Source: an uncultured Rickettsiales bacterium (GTDB lineage Bacteria > Pseudomonadota > Alphaproteobacteria > Rickettsiales > SXRF01). From it: a stretch of DNA of 64,000 bases. The notes beneath the pieces were generated by a model that saw nothing but the letters and a program-made list of their open reading frames with translations, searched no databases and had not been told where the DNA came from. The translations under genes were made by a program, and so were the position numbers. Positions 19,534 to 28,235 of the stretch are shown piece by piece (within the stretch, counting starts at the first letter, position 1; each line of letters begins with the position of its first letter). Location: positions 69,789 to 133,788 of the forward strand of contig CAZYBO010000005.1 in assembly GCA_964645205.1 (NCBI GenBank), written 5' to 3'.

Positions 19534-20754
19534 ATGAAAATCCTCGATCTCTCATATGAAGCATGGGTTTCAATCGGCGCAAGCAAGCTGCGAACCTTCC
19601 TCGCCGTACTCGGCATCGTATTCGGCGTCGGCTCGGTCGTGTTAATGGTTGCCATCGGCGGCGGCAGCAAGCGCTCGGTAGAGGAAGCTATGAGCAAGCT
19701 GGGCACGAACCTTTTGGTTGTGGTGGCAGGCGGCAGTAATGACAACGGATTAAAAAATTTCGGTAAGGGGACACTCTCTCTGAAGGAAGCGCGCACGCTG
19801 GCACAATTACCGACGGTCAAAATATTGGCACCTTCTACCGAGCCACGTCGCGAACAACTCGTAGCCGGGCAGCGGAATATAAAATCGTATGTAATAGGAT
19901 CGACTCCCTCTTTTTTCCTCGTACGCAACTGGTCATTCAGCGAAGGTGATGCCTTCATCGAAGACGATATGAAAATGGCACGTAACGTTGTCGTTATTGG
20001 AAAAACCGTTTCCGATGCGCTTTTCCCCAACGAATCCCCCATCGGCAAAACCCTGCGTGTTGCCAACACACCGTTTCGCGTCGTTGGGCTTCTCGCGGCG
20101 AAAGGCACAGGCGTCGAGGGCAACGATCTCGATAACGTTATCATTATGCCCATCACCTCGGCAGGACGTGCGGTCTGGGGAGATGACCCTAATAAGTTAG
20201 TGAGCATTATTTTTATGGAAATCGTGTCGAAGGATTTGCTCGACACCGCCACCGAAGAAGTCATCTCTCTGTTGCGCGAGATACACAAATTACCTGATAA
20301 TGCGCCCGACGATTTTTCTATCCTTAGCCTAAAAACCTTCAGCAAGGCGGCGACGGATACGTCGCAGGCGCTATCGCTTTTGTTGGGAGCGATCGCCTCG
20401 ATTTCGCTGATTGTCGGCGGCATCGGCATCATGAATATCATGCTCGTCACCGTCACTGAACGCACGCGGGAAATCGGTATCCGTAAAGCGATCGGTGCGA
20501 CACGTTACCACATACTTGTGCAGTTTCTTATGGAAGCCATATTTATTTCTATTTTAGGTAGCCTAATAGGTTTAGCGGCTGGATTCGTGGTTGCTATCAC
20601 AGCACAACAAATGTTCGGAGTTCCTATTGCGTTAAGTATATGGCCCGCCCTACTATCATTAGTAATGGCCATCACTGTGGGTATATGTAGTGGCCTATAT
20701 CCAGCTTATAAAGCATCGCGCCTTCAGCCGATCGAAGCATTGCGCACTACGTAA
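19534..20754 (+). CDS. MacB-type ABC permease
   Basis: LRTFLAVLGIVFGVGSV, GGIGIMNIMLVTVTERTREIGIRKAIGA, PAYKASRLQPIEALR. Confidence 0.95.
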   Translation: MKILDLSYEAWVSIGASKLRTFLAVLGIVFGVGSVVLMVAIGGGSKRSVEEAMSKLGTNLLVVVAGGSNDNGLKNFGKGTLSLKEARTLAQLPTVKILAPSTEPRREQLVAGQRNIKSYVIGSTPSFFLVRNWSFSEGDAFIEDDMKMARNVVVIGKTVSDALFPNESPIGKTLRVANTPFRVVGLLAAKGTGVEGNDLDNVIIMPITSAGRAVWGDDPNKLVSIIFMEIVSKDLLDTATEEVISLLREIHKLPDNAPDDFSILSLKTFSKAATDTSQALSLLLGAIASISLIVGGIGIMNIMLVTVTERTREIGIRKAIGATRYHILVQFLMEAIFISILGSLIGLAAGFVVAITAQQMFGVPIALSIWPALLSLVMAITVGICSGLYPAYKASRLQPIEALRTT

Positions 20755-21022
20755 TCGCCCACGATGAAATTAAATTATTGAAAAATATATTTAATTTTCA
20801 TATTTAATGGCAATTGTCACAAATTCTTCACAAAAACGTCATAAAACCGTAACAATGAATTGATACCCTTAGCTTACTGAGCAAAGTCGAGTAATTAAAT
20901 TTAATAATTATTAATTATCTCGTGCTAAATTATTAATACAATTAATTTTTTAAACTAATAAATTAATTGAATTCGAAAAAACAAAATTTGCAAATTTTTG
21001 TTTTTAACTTTAGGAAAGGCGA

Positions 21023-21352
21023 ATGAACATGAAATCCACCTCTTTGTTTAATACCAGCTCGATCAGCACTGCTGTACTAGCCGTTACCTCCTTGCTCAGC
21101 GTGAACGCATACGCTGACACTGGAAAAGGCACGTGCAAATACGGCTCTGTTAACCTTGGAACTCTAACTCACGATGAGTGCGGAAAGGCCTGCGCAAAAA
21201 AGAAAGCTGAGGGCGGCGCCGCTCAAAAATGTTATTTCCGTTGCGAGATTCCTTTGGCCGGTGTCTCAGGCGCTACGTGCTCCGAAATAGTAGTCAGCGA
21301 TACCCCATCAAACACCACGGCAGCTCCCCCGCCGCCTGTTTCCAACCCGTAA
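21023..21352 (+). CDS. Small secreted six-cysteine protein
   Basis: SD AGGAAAGG, signal peptide ending in VNAYA, 6 Cys in the mature part, Pro-rich tail, followed by a terminator. Confidence 0.7.
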   Translation: MNMKSTSLFNTSSISTAVLAVTSLLSVNAYADTGKGTCKYGSVNLGTLTHDECGKACAKKKAEGGAAQKCYFRCEIPLAGVSGATCSEIVVSDTPSNTTAAPPPPVSNP

Positions 21353-21407
21353 CACCTGTCACAGGCAGGTTGCAAAAACCCGCCTGTGTCAGCTTCAGCT
21401 ACTACGG

Positions 21408-21440
21408 AAAACTCCCGCCCTCACCGGCGGGAGTTTTTTT
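21408..21440 (+). terminator. Rho-independent terminator
   Basis: AAAACTCCCGCC-CTCACC-GGCGGGAGTTTTTTT. Confidence 0.85.
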
Positions 21441-21736
21441 ATGGCACAGCGCGGACAGCGCTACGGAAGTGTCGACCAACGACAGCGCGCGCAATGTGCT
21501 GAACTCGGTCTCCACCCTCTCCGGTCACTCCAAGCGATTGCAGGATGAGCGGCATAAAGCGAATTATTTTCGTTATGAGGATAGGTTTCGCGCGAAAGTT
21601 CTCCTGCCAGGCGCGAACGTAAGAGTGTATCTTCATCTTTGCCAGAAACGAGCGATAGGCCGAAGTCATCGTTAATATCCACGCTACCGGCATTTTCAGC
21701 ATCCAACTTCGCCCATCCTGCCATGAGGCCAAACGC

Positions 21737-22315
21737 TTGCTGTACTGCATTTTCCAAGCGCCTAACCATAATTTCGAGGTCGCTTTTGATACTGCCCTCT
21801 ACAATATGTGCCTGCGCGATTTGAACCCGTCGCATTATTACGGTCATGATTTCCTGCAGGTACGCGCCTCTAAATACTCCATTCGGGGCAATAATGAGGA
21901 CACGACCAAAGCACTGGCAGCGAAAGCCAAGGAGCGCTTTGATGCGCTGCCGCTGGCGTGGTTGAATCATAAAGACGAGCTGGAACGCTATACGGCATTC
22001 TGTGCGCTCTCGACGGAGGACAAACATAAGTTGTTTGCCGCCTGCGTTGCCCGCGCGCTGACGCCGCAATTAAATGGCGAGGCCGGCAAGTCCAAGCTGT
22101 TCGATGCGGTAGGTAAACGCCTTGGCGTTGATATGGCCGCGCATTGGCGTCCGACCAAAGCCAACTATTTCGACCGGGTGACGAAGAAGCAAGCCCTGGC
22201 CTGCGCTGAGGAAGTGATCAGCGCGGAATGGGCGAAGCAATTGGCCATCCAGAATAACGCTGCGATGCGCAGTGGAGATTTTGGATTGAGAGTCATGCCA
22301 CACCCAAGAATATGA
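21737..22315 (+). pseudogene. C-terminal fragment of an ICE/plasmid ParB-like protein
   Basis: LGVDMAAHWRPTKANYFDRVTKKQAL resembles the C-terminus of large plasmid/ICE ParB proteins. No N-terminal ParB domain is present. Confidence 0.55.
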
Positions 22316-22379
22316 TTGGTAGCTCGCTTTTACCATTCTCAAAACACAGAAGCAACGGAGGCTCTATTCTCCGCATCCC

Positions 22380-22580
22380 TTATTTTTGTTCTTTCTGACC
22401 AAGCTCTTGAATCAATTGTCGAATATCCTCGGCTCTCCACGCCGTGCAGCGCTCTGAAAGTTTGACCGGCTTGGGAAACCGCCCCGTTTTGACGCCCTCC
22501 CACCAGCACGTCTTCCCTATGGGAATGACGCTCAACACTTGCGGCAATCGCACAAAACCGGTTTCGGGAATGGTATCCAT
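22380..22580 (-). CDS. AlpA-family regulator / excisionase-like
   Basis: GFVRLPQVL..IGKTCWWEGVKTGRFPKPVKLSERCTAWRAEDI. SD GGAGG lies before ATG 22580. Confidence 0.9.
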   Translation of the reverse strand: MDTIPETGFVRLPQVLSVIPIGKTCWWEGVKTGRFPKPVKLSERCTAWRAEDIRQLIQELGQKEQK

Positions 22581-22663
22581 AACAGCCTCCATCTGTTTCT
22601 AGGGAAGGCAGGTCGTTCCGCCTGCTTGCCTTCCCGCTTCACGTTCTCGCCGCCGGTAACACC

Positions 22664-23104
22664 TCAATGCGGCTTTGTCGTATCACTCATTTTTTCGGCT
22701 TCATCCATACTGCCGCCATCGTTCATCACAAGCTCGATAGACTCGATATACGGCGCTGTCGCGTCCTTGGGCTTCGGCCAGCGATCCGGGTCGAACTCCT
22801 GGATGAAATCCGCTGTATTGGTTTCGAGCGCGGTGATGACGAGTTGAAGATTCTTCCCCCGCACGAGCACCGTGAAGAAGGTGAAGGCGAGGACGAAGTT
22901 CGTACCGAACCCTCCATCGTAGGCGATGTCGAGCAGGTAGGCGTAACCCGGTGCGCGTGTCGGAGCTGACGCCCGCCGTATCTTCAGGCGGGACGTGCGG
23001 TCCTTCGTGCCGAATGCCAAATACTCTTCCTGCTCCTCTCCCGCTGTCGTTACGGCGCGGGATGCTGTGGGTTTCTTTCTGAACTGTGCCAATGGGTCAT
23101 TCAT
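22664..23104 (-). CDS. Hypothetical protein downstream of the relaxase (mobilisation accessory?)
   Basis: Clean ORF with SD GGGAGG, directly following mobA. Confidence 0.6.
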   Translation of the reverse strand: MNDPLAQFRKKPTASRAVTTAGEEQEEYLAFGTKDRTSRLKIRRASAPTRAPGYAYLLDIAYDGGFGTNFVLAFTFFTVLVRGKNLQLVITALETNTADFIQEFDPDRWPKPKDATAPYIESIELVMNDGGSMDEAEKMSDTTKPH

Positions 23105-23221
23105 AATCCCTCCCAAGGCGCTCTACGCGTTGTGTTCTCCCGGCATTGCGCTGCGCCATGCGCTGCCGGGCATCACGGTCCTGCTCACGGATGTGAGCCA
23201 GGTAGATGGCGATACCGGCGG

Positions 23222-24076
23222 TCATCTTGACCATCCCGATTTGCGCCACCGACTGAACATTTGAAACCGCGTCCATAAGCTGATGGAACGCTCCCACCAC
23301 GTCGCCCCGACGCCTTGCTGTTTCACTTCCCCATGCTTGCGGATGGAATTCATCATCGGGCGTACGTCATTAAGGAGCTTCACCCGGCGCACGGCCTGAA
23401 ACCGATCCGGGTCGGCCTCGACACCCCGGCGTTTCATGGCGGTAGCCGCTACGCCGATTTTCGGCTCCGGCTCGCGGTCGATGCCCCGGTCTTTAAGCGA
23501 CCGGTGATCGACCCGCTCAGGGCGTCCCGCCTTCTCAAGGGAGGCATTGACGGAGTCCGCCCAGGACTCCCGCCATTGCACCAGAAGCCCCTTCTCGTTC
23601 CACTCCCTCGGCTTCTTGGCGCTGAACCCTTCGGGTTCTACTTTTCGCAAGGTGGCCAAGGCATGAACGTGGGGATTTTTACCGCTGCGCGTATGGTGGA
23701 GTGACAGCTCGACAACCATGCCTCGCGCCACCAGTTCTTTCTTCGCCCAATCGACCGCCGTCTGGAATTGGGCGTCAGGACTCAGCTCCGGGGGAACGGC
23801 CAGAATGAACTCTCTGGCCAATTGCGCGTCTACCCGCTTCTCCCCGGCTTCAACCCTGTTCCACAGACGCTCGGAATCATGCACCCATTCCGGCGCATTC
23901 TCCGGCGTCAGGATGGTGGTATTCACCACCCCCTTCATTCTGCGTGTGTAGTCGTAAACCTTGTCTGCCAGTGCATCTCGAAGTTTGCTTCCCGCACGGT
24001 AAGCCGCTGCCGCGATAACCGACCGTCCCCGTTTCTCGCGGCTGAAGATTTTTGCTTCGAGCCGATAGATCGCCAT
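23222..24076 (-). CDS. mobA: MobA/MobL-family (MOB_Q) relaxase, probably frameshifted near the C-terminus
   Basis: MAIYRLEAKIFSR..RSVIAAAAYRAG, LAREFILAVPPEL, HUH motif LHH..SGKNPHVHAL, VDHRSLKDRG. Confidence 0.9.
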   Translation of the reverse strand: MAIYRLEAKIFSREKRGRSVIAAAAYRAGSKLRDALADKVYDYTRRMKGVVNTTILTPENAPEWVHDSERLWNRVEAGEKRVDAQLAREFILAVPPELSPDAQFQTAVDWAKKELVARGMVVELSLHHTRSGKNPHVHALATLRKVEPEGFSAKKPREWNEKGLLVQWRESWADSVNASLEKAGRPERVDHRSLKDRGIDREPEPKIGVAATAMKRRGVEADPDRFQAVRRVKLLNDVRPMMNSIRKHGEVKQQGVGATWWERSISLWTRFQMFSRWRKSGWSR

Positions 24077-24226
24077 AACGAGACAACCACCTTTCTCTAA
24101 GTTCAATTGTATCACGGATGACATAGCGCTTGCATCAGGAGAACTAGAGCCACTGCGGGTTTTCGCTGATTCTGCTTCACAATGGAACAGTCGTCCGCTG
24201 GCGTCCGGATCGAACAAAAAAACTTT

Positions 24227-24256
24227 AAGGGCGAGGTTATACATCGCTTCGCGACG
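24227..24256 (-). other. Putative MOB_Q oriT
   Basis: Minus strand reads CGTCGC-GAA-GCGATG-TATAACCTCGCCCTT. This is a hairpin plus a nic-like core, similar to rhizobial oriT (..GCGACGTATAATTGCGCCCTT), about 150 nt upstream of mobA. Confidence 0.7.
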
Positions 24257-24609
24257 TTACCTCGCAGGGCCGCTCTAAAGCCGCGCCCTTGACCCAGGCT
24301 TATCAAAGGGCGTGCCGCCCTTGGGGTGCTTCTCTGGCGTTGAAGCTCCCAACCCTGCTCAATGGAGTGCCTCCCTTGAAACCCTGCTGCAAGGCGCTTA
24401 AGGCCACCCTTGCAGAACCCGGCCAACCAGTGGCGTGCCGCCCCTCGTAACCCCTGCCCAAAGACCTTCGCCTTTGGAATCCGCGTCAGGGACGAACCGC
24501 CCCTGACAACCCGTCATGTTTGAGAATTCCGCCAGCCCCACCATTTGACAGCATTACATCAATGTGGTGCTCGTGGTATGACACGTAAAATCGAACAATT
24601 CGGAGTTAT

Positions 24610-24789
24610 CGCACGGGCCGAATACCCATCGGCCTCACGCTGGAAGAACGCCAAAAACTCAATGCCGTCGCCGCCGTGAAAGAACTCGAATCCCTACTTG
24701 ATAAGCGCATCGCCTCCCAGCCGGGCAAGCGCACCGTCCGGCAGATAGGCGACGCTGAAGCCGCCGAGGACGTGAGAGCGCCTCACTGA
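24610..24789 (+). pseudogene. Possible MobC-like remnant divergent from oriT
   Basis: Short broken frame containing IGLTLEERQKLNAVAA. Position fits an oriT accessory gene. The resemblance is weak. Confidence 0.25.
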
Positions 24790-24960
24790 TCAGGATGACC
24801 GTGGAATGAGGTGCTTCTTACGGATGGCTTCGAGTGCTTCACGAGCCGGGCGATACTTACCCGCCGCCGCATCCGCCAGCCCCCGGCTGATACCAGCGAT
24901 GGCGTCCTGCCGTTCGCGTTCGGCGTTATCGGAATACGGGAAATTGTCGTCGGGCGGCAT
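24790..24960 (-). CDS. 56-aa orphan antitoxin-like peptide (below the ORF-track cutoff)
   Basis: MPPDDNFPYSDNAERERQDAIAGISRGLADAAAGKYRPAREALEAIRKKHLIPRSS resembles the C-terminal toxin-binding half of RelE/ParE-associated antitoxins. It starts 6 nt after vapC. Confidence 0.5.
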   Translation of the reverse strand: MPPDDNFPYSDNAERERQDAIAGISRGLADAAAGKYRPAREALEAIRKKHLIPRSS

Positions 24961-24966
24961 GGGTGA

Positions 24967-25377
24967 CTACTCCTTGGGCTCGTAGCGCTTTACGTCCTTG
25001 AACTTGTCGATGTCCCGGTCGAAGGACGCCACGGGAATCTCTCGTCCGGCTGCCAATGCCGCCACCAACGCATCAGGAAAATCCACCGGCTTTTCCTTGA
25101 ACCGCGTGAGGGCGTCGCGCATCACCCGAGCATCGTCGCACATCACGCCCGGATTCTCGATGAGGTCAAGCAGCGCCTCGGCCACCCGTTCGCGTTTCAG
25201 GTCGTAAACCCCGGTCAGCACGAAAGTGACTTCGGCTACGATGGCATTATCCAGAAATAATTGAACGTCACCGTCCGCCGCATCGTTCAGGAGTTTCTTG
25301 GACGCCCGCCCCATTACGGGCGAGTCCTGAGTGAAGAACCGCACCAGGACGTTGGCGTCGAGGATATAGGATTTCAT
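24967..25377 (-). CDS. vapC: VapC PIN-domain toxin
   Basis: YILDANVLVRF, IVAEVTFVL, VDFPDALV, ASFDRD. Its ATG overlaps the antitoxin TGA. Confidence 0.9.
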   Translation of the reverse strand: MKSYILDANVLVRFFTQDSPVMGRASKKLLNDAADGDVQLFLDNAIVAEVTFVLTGVYDLKRERVAEALLDLIENPGVMCDDARVMRDALTRFKEKPVDFPDALVAALAAGREIPVASFDRDIDKFKDVKRYEPKE

Positions 25378-25634
25378 TGCTTGTAGGTCTTGGCGTAGTG
25401 GCGGCGCTTGGCTTCCGCAGTCGCCTTCTTCTCGGCTTCCACGCCAGCAAAAGGCACGTCGGATTTGAGGCAGCCGGCCAGTTCGTCGATGCTCCGCGCA
25501 CGGCGGGCGACCAGCGCCCCGTTTTCCACCGACCAAGTCAGACGCATCCCGGCCTTCACCGGGAACTCTTTGTCCAGTTCCTTGGGGATGGTGATCTGCC
25601 GCTTCTCGGTAATGGTGGTTGTGAGCAATGCCAT
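25374..25634 (-). CDS. vapB: AbrB/MazE/SpoVT-family antitoxin (VapB)
   Basis: TTITEKRQITIPKEL..VKAGMRLTWSVENG is a swapped-hairpin pattern. Lies upstream of the PIN toxin. Confidence 0.88.
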   Translation of the reverse strand: MALLTTTITEKRQITIPKELDKEFPVKAGMRLTWSVENGALVARRARSIDELAGCLKSDVPFAGVEAEKKATAEAKRRHYAKTYKQ

Positions 25635-25643
25635 AATGACAGT

Positions 25644-25688
25644 ATCATACCACAACTCTAAGGTATTACGCAATAGATTTGGTAATAC
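25644..25688 (-). promoter_or_regulatory. vapBC sigma70 promoter with inverted-repeat operator
   Basis: TTGCGT-N18-TATGAT on the minus strand. GTATTAC-N12-GTAATAC (25663-25688) overlaps the -35. Confidence 0.6.
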
Positions 25689-25803
25689 TTTGACCTGACG
25701 CTATTTATTCTGGCAAACACACTCCCTTGCGGTAGCCAGCCCGCTTTAGCCGCCATGTTTTCCGCTTGCCTGCCCCATATCTCCTTGGCAACCCTCCATC
25801 TCC

Positions 25804-26690
25804 ATGAGGGTGGAGACTGGGGAATGTGAGGAGTTTCATCCGCTGACGTTATTGCGGGACTGGGGCAACGGAGATGCCTTCCGCATCGCCGACGCCCTGA
25901 CCGGCGTTGCCGTCTTCGGCGCGACCGGCAGCGGCAAGACTTCCGGCCCCGCCAAACACCTTGCCTACGGATACCTCGCCGCCGGGATGGGTGGTTTGGT
26001 GCTCTGCGCCAAAAAGGAAGAACGCCGCCAGTGGCAGCAATGGGCAGCCGAAACCGGGCGCACCGATGATTTGGTCATCGTGGACGCCAGCGGCAAATGG
26101 CGTTTCAATTTCCTCGAATGGGAGGCAGCACGTTCCGGCGAGGGAGCAGGACTCACCATCAACATCGTCGCCATTCTCTCCGAAATTGCCGGGGCAATTT
26201 CCGGCGCTTCCGCCAAGTCCTCGGGCAACAACAAATTCTGGGAGGATGCGCTTGGACAAATGCTCACCAACCTGGTTGACCTCGCCCTGTTTGCCAGTCT
26301 TCAAATTTCCCTGCCACTCCTGCGTTCAATCATGATTTCGGCTGCCAAGGACGAAGCGCAAGCGGAGGATGCGGAGTGGAAGGAGTCCAGCGTATGCGCC
26401 AGGACCATCGCCGAGGCCGATGCAGCCACTCTCAAAGCCGAGCCGGAGCTGCGTGCCGATTTTGAGGAATGCGCGAACTACTGGCTCAAGGAGTACCCGT
26501 GCCTCTCTGAGAAAACGCGCAGCATTATCGACCTCACGTTTTCGATCCTTGTCCGACCACTCGTCACCCGCCCTTTGCGCAAGCTCTTTTGCGCCGACAC
26601 CAACATCAAACCGGAAGACACGTTCGCGGGCAAAATCATCATCGTCGATCTGCCGATTCAGGAATTCAGGCTGGTTGGCAGGATTGCCAA
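25804..26690 (+). pseudogene. Truncated type IV coupling protein (TraD/TrwB/VirD4-like ATPase)
   Basis: Walker A AVFGATGSGKT, RFNFLEWE, FWEDA. Homology appears to end after GKIIIVDLP, and the frame runs into the integrase remnant (ORF stop 26778). Confidence 0.7.
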
Positions 26691-26903
26691 ATCGCTTCCG
26701 CGAAGTTCTCGGGCTTCAGCAAGACTCAATACAGGATACGCCCCCAATGAGAGCAGCTTTTCTTTCCCAGCATATTGATATTTGAAACGCCAGTATTTGC
26801 CACCGTTGGTATTAACGAGGACGTAAAGGCCGTTAGCGTCACTCAGTTTGTACGGCTTAACTCTAGGCTTGGCGCTGCGTACCTTGACATCGGTAAGTGC
26901 CAT
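26658..26903 (-). pseudogene. P4-like tyrosine integrase remnant (Arm-binding domain only)
   Basis: MALTDVKVRSAKPRVKPYKLSDANGLYVLV..GGKYWRFKY..GKEKLLSLGAYP.SLAEAR. Core-binding and catalytic domains are absent. Confidence 0.9.
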
Positions 26904-26905
26904 TT

Positions 26906-26951
26906 GGGGTATCTCCTTTTCGACCGTTCCAGATACCCCATATGATACCCC
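26906..26951. repeat. GATACCCC motifs (putative integrase arm sites)
   Basis: GGGGTATC at 26906-26913 (inverted), GATACCCC at 26932-26939 and 26944-26951. Confidence 0.5.
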
Positions 26952-27066
26952 GAAATATCTCCAAATGTCAACGCGGCGAGCCGGACGGCTGCGGTCATTG
27001 AATCCGCCGTCATCGGCTCTCACTCTTGGTTTTACGGACGTTCCCGGACGGTGCCGATCCTTAAAA

Positions 27067-27153
27067 TGGTGCCCAGAAGAAGACTCGAACTTCCATGTTC
27101 TTGCGAACGCTAGCACCTGAAGCTAGTGCGTCTACCAATTCCGCCATCTGGGC
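27067..27153 (-). tRNA. trnL: tRNA-Leu (CAG)
   Basis: Minus strand GCCCAGA...GCGGAATTGGTAGACGC..CTAGC-TTCAGGT-GCTAG..long variable arm..GTTCGAGTC..TCTGGGC-ACCA, 87 nt. Confidence 0.97.
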
Positions 27154-27296
27154 ACAGCATCATGCCGGGAAACTGCGTTGTAAACGCTTTCTTCCGCTTG
27201 TCAACCGAAGCTGCGGGCAACGTCGTTTTAGGGTTGAGTTTTGCGCGCTTTCGGTCTTTAATCGGGATGGCTCATTGAACAAGGTGGATAAGCGCT

Positions 27297-28235
27297 ATGG
27301 AACAGAAGGTTATCACAATCATCGGCGGCACCGGGTTTCTCGGGCGCTATGTAGTTAAACGGCTGGCGCACGCGGGCTATACGCTGCGCATCATCGCCCG
27401 CAACCCCGATGCGGCGCGGCGCCTGAAAACGGCGGGCGACATCGGGCAGATCGTTATCGTGCGCGGCAACCTCAACGCGCCGGAGACGCTGGAAGGCAAG
27501 CTCGACGGCTCATGGGCGGTTATCAACCTCGTGGGCATCCTGTTTGAATCAGGCCGGCAGAATTTCTCGCAATTGCACGCGCAGGGCGCAGAAGCGCTGG
27601 CGAAAATGGCGAAAGCGGCCGGAGTCACGCGCTTCATCCATATGTCCTCGCTGGGCGCCGACAAAGCGGGAAGCTCGCAATATGCCCGCAGCAAGATTTC
27701 GGGCGAGAAAGCAGTGCGCGCCGCGTTCCCTGAGGCTACTATCCTGCGCCCCAGCATCCTTTTCGGGCCGGAAGATAATTTTTTCAACCAGTTCGCGGCG
27801 ATGGCCTGCATCTCTCCCGCCCTGCCCCTGATCGGCGGCGGCGGCACGCGTTTCCAGCCCGTCTATGCGGGCGACGTGGCGGATATGGTCGAACGCTGCC
27901 TGCAGCGCCCCGACACCGCCGGGCAAACATTCGAGCTGGGCGGACCGCACACTTACACGTTCAAGGAAATTCTCGAATATATCCTGCGCACGACCGGCCG
28001 CGAGCGAAAATTGGTGAACGTACCGTTTTCCATGGCGAAGGCCGTAGGCGCGGTAGGTGAGCTACTCCCCCGCCCGCCGATCACACGCGACCAGGTGGCG
28101 TTGCTCAAATATGATAATCTCGTAAGTCCAAACGCGAAAACCTTCGCCAATCTCGGGCTTAAGCCCACGGCTGTTGACATCATCGTGCCCGGCTATCTCG
28201 CACGCTTCAGCAAGGGAGCTAAACTGGCCGCATGA
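27297..28235 (+). CDS. NAD-dependent epimerase/SDR, complex I NDUFA9-like
   Basis: IIGGTGFLGRYVV, INLVGIL, YARSK, LRPSILFGPEDNFFN. Confidence 0.9.
   Translation: MEQKVITIIGGTGFLGRYVVKRLAHAGYTLRIIARNPDAARRLKTAGDIGQIVIVRGNLNAPETLEGKLDGSWAVINLVGILFESGRQNFSQLHAQGAEALAKMAKAAGVTRFIHMSSLGADKAGSSQYARSKISGEKAVRAAFPEATILRPSILFGPEDNFFNQFAAMACISPALPLIGGGGTRFQPVYAGDVADMVERCLQRPDTAGQTFELGGPHTYTFKEILEYILRTTGRERKLVNVPFSMAKAVGAVGELLPRPPITRDQVALLKYDNLVSPNAKTFANLGLKPTAVDIIVPGYLARFSKGAKLAA

Larger units (their letters stand above)
21440..27066. mobile_element. Decayed integrative mobilisable element at the tRNA-Leu 3' end
   Basis: Integrase remnant beside the tRNA, truncated coupling protein, VapBC, oriT, MobA/MobL, AlpA and a ParB fragment. 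The left boundary is uncertain and no att repeat was found. Confidence 0.75.

Noticed and set aside
20755-21022. CtrA boxes or an ncRNA in the AT-rich spacer
   Set aside because: TTAA words are expected by chance at this AT content, spacings are not N7, and no stable structure is evident.
21357-21390. TGTC-preceded hairpin after the Cys-rich gene as a fourth YGTC family
   Set aside because: It lacks the ATCC/GGAT stem base, GNA/GAAA loop and an inverted partner. More likely part of a tandem terminator.
16140-21500. attL-type duplication of the tRNA-Leu 3' end marking the island's left border
   Set aside because: No copy of TGGTGCCCAGAAG was found by eye. The GATACCC(C) matches at about 20862 and 21299 are short, and one is inside a coding region.
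21439-22069. Minus-strand ORFs 21439-21750 and 21461-22069 as genes
   Set aside because: They overlap the ParB-like fragment in antisense and I recognise no family. They may be decayed remnants but cannot be supported.
26675-26690. TTGGCAGGATTGC as a sigma54 promoter
   Set aside because: GG-to-GC spacing is 7 nt rather than 10, and it lies inside a coding remnant.
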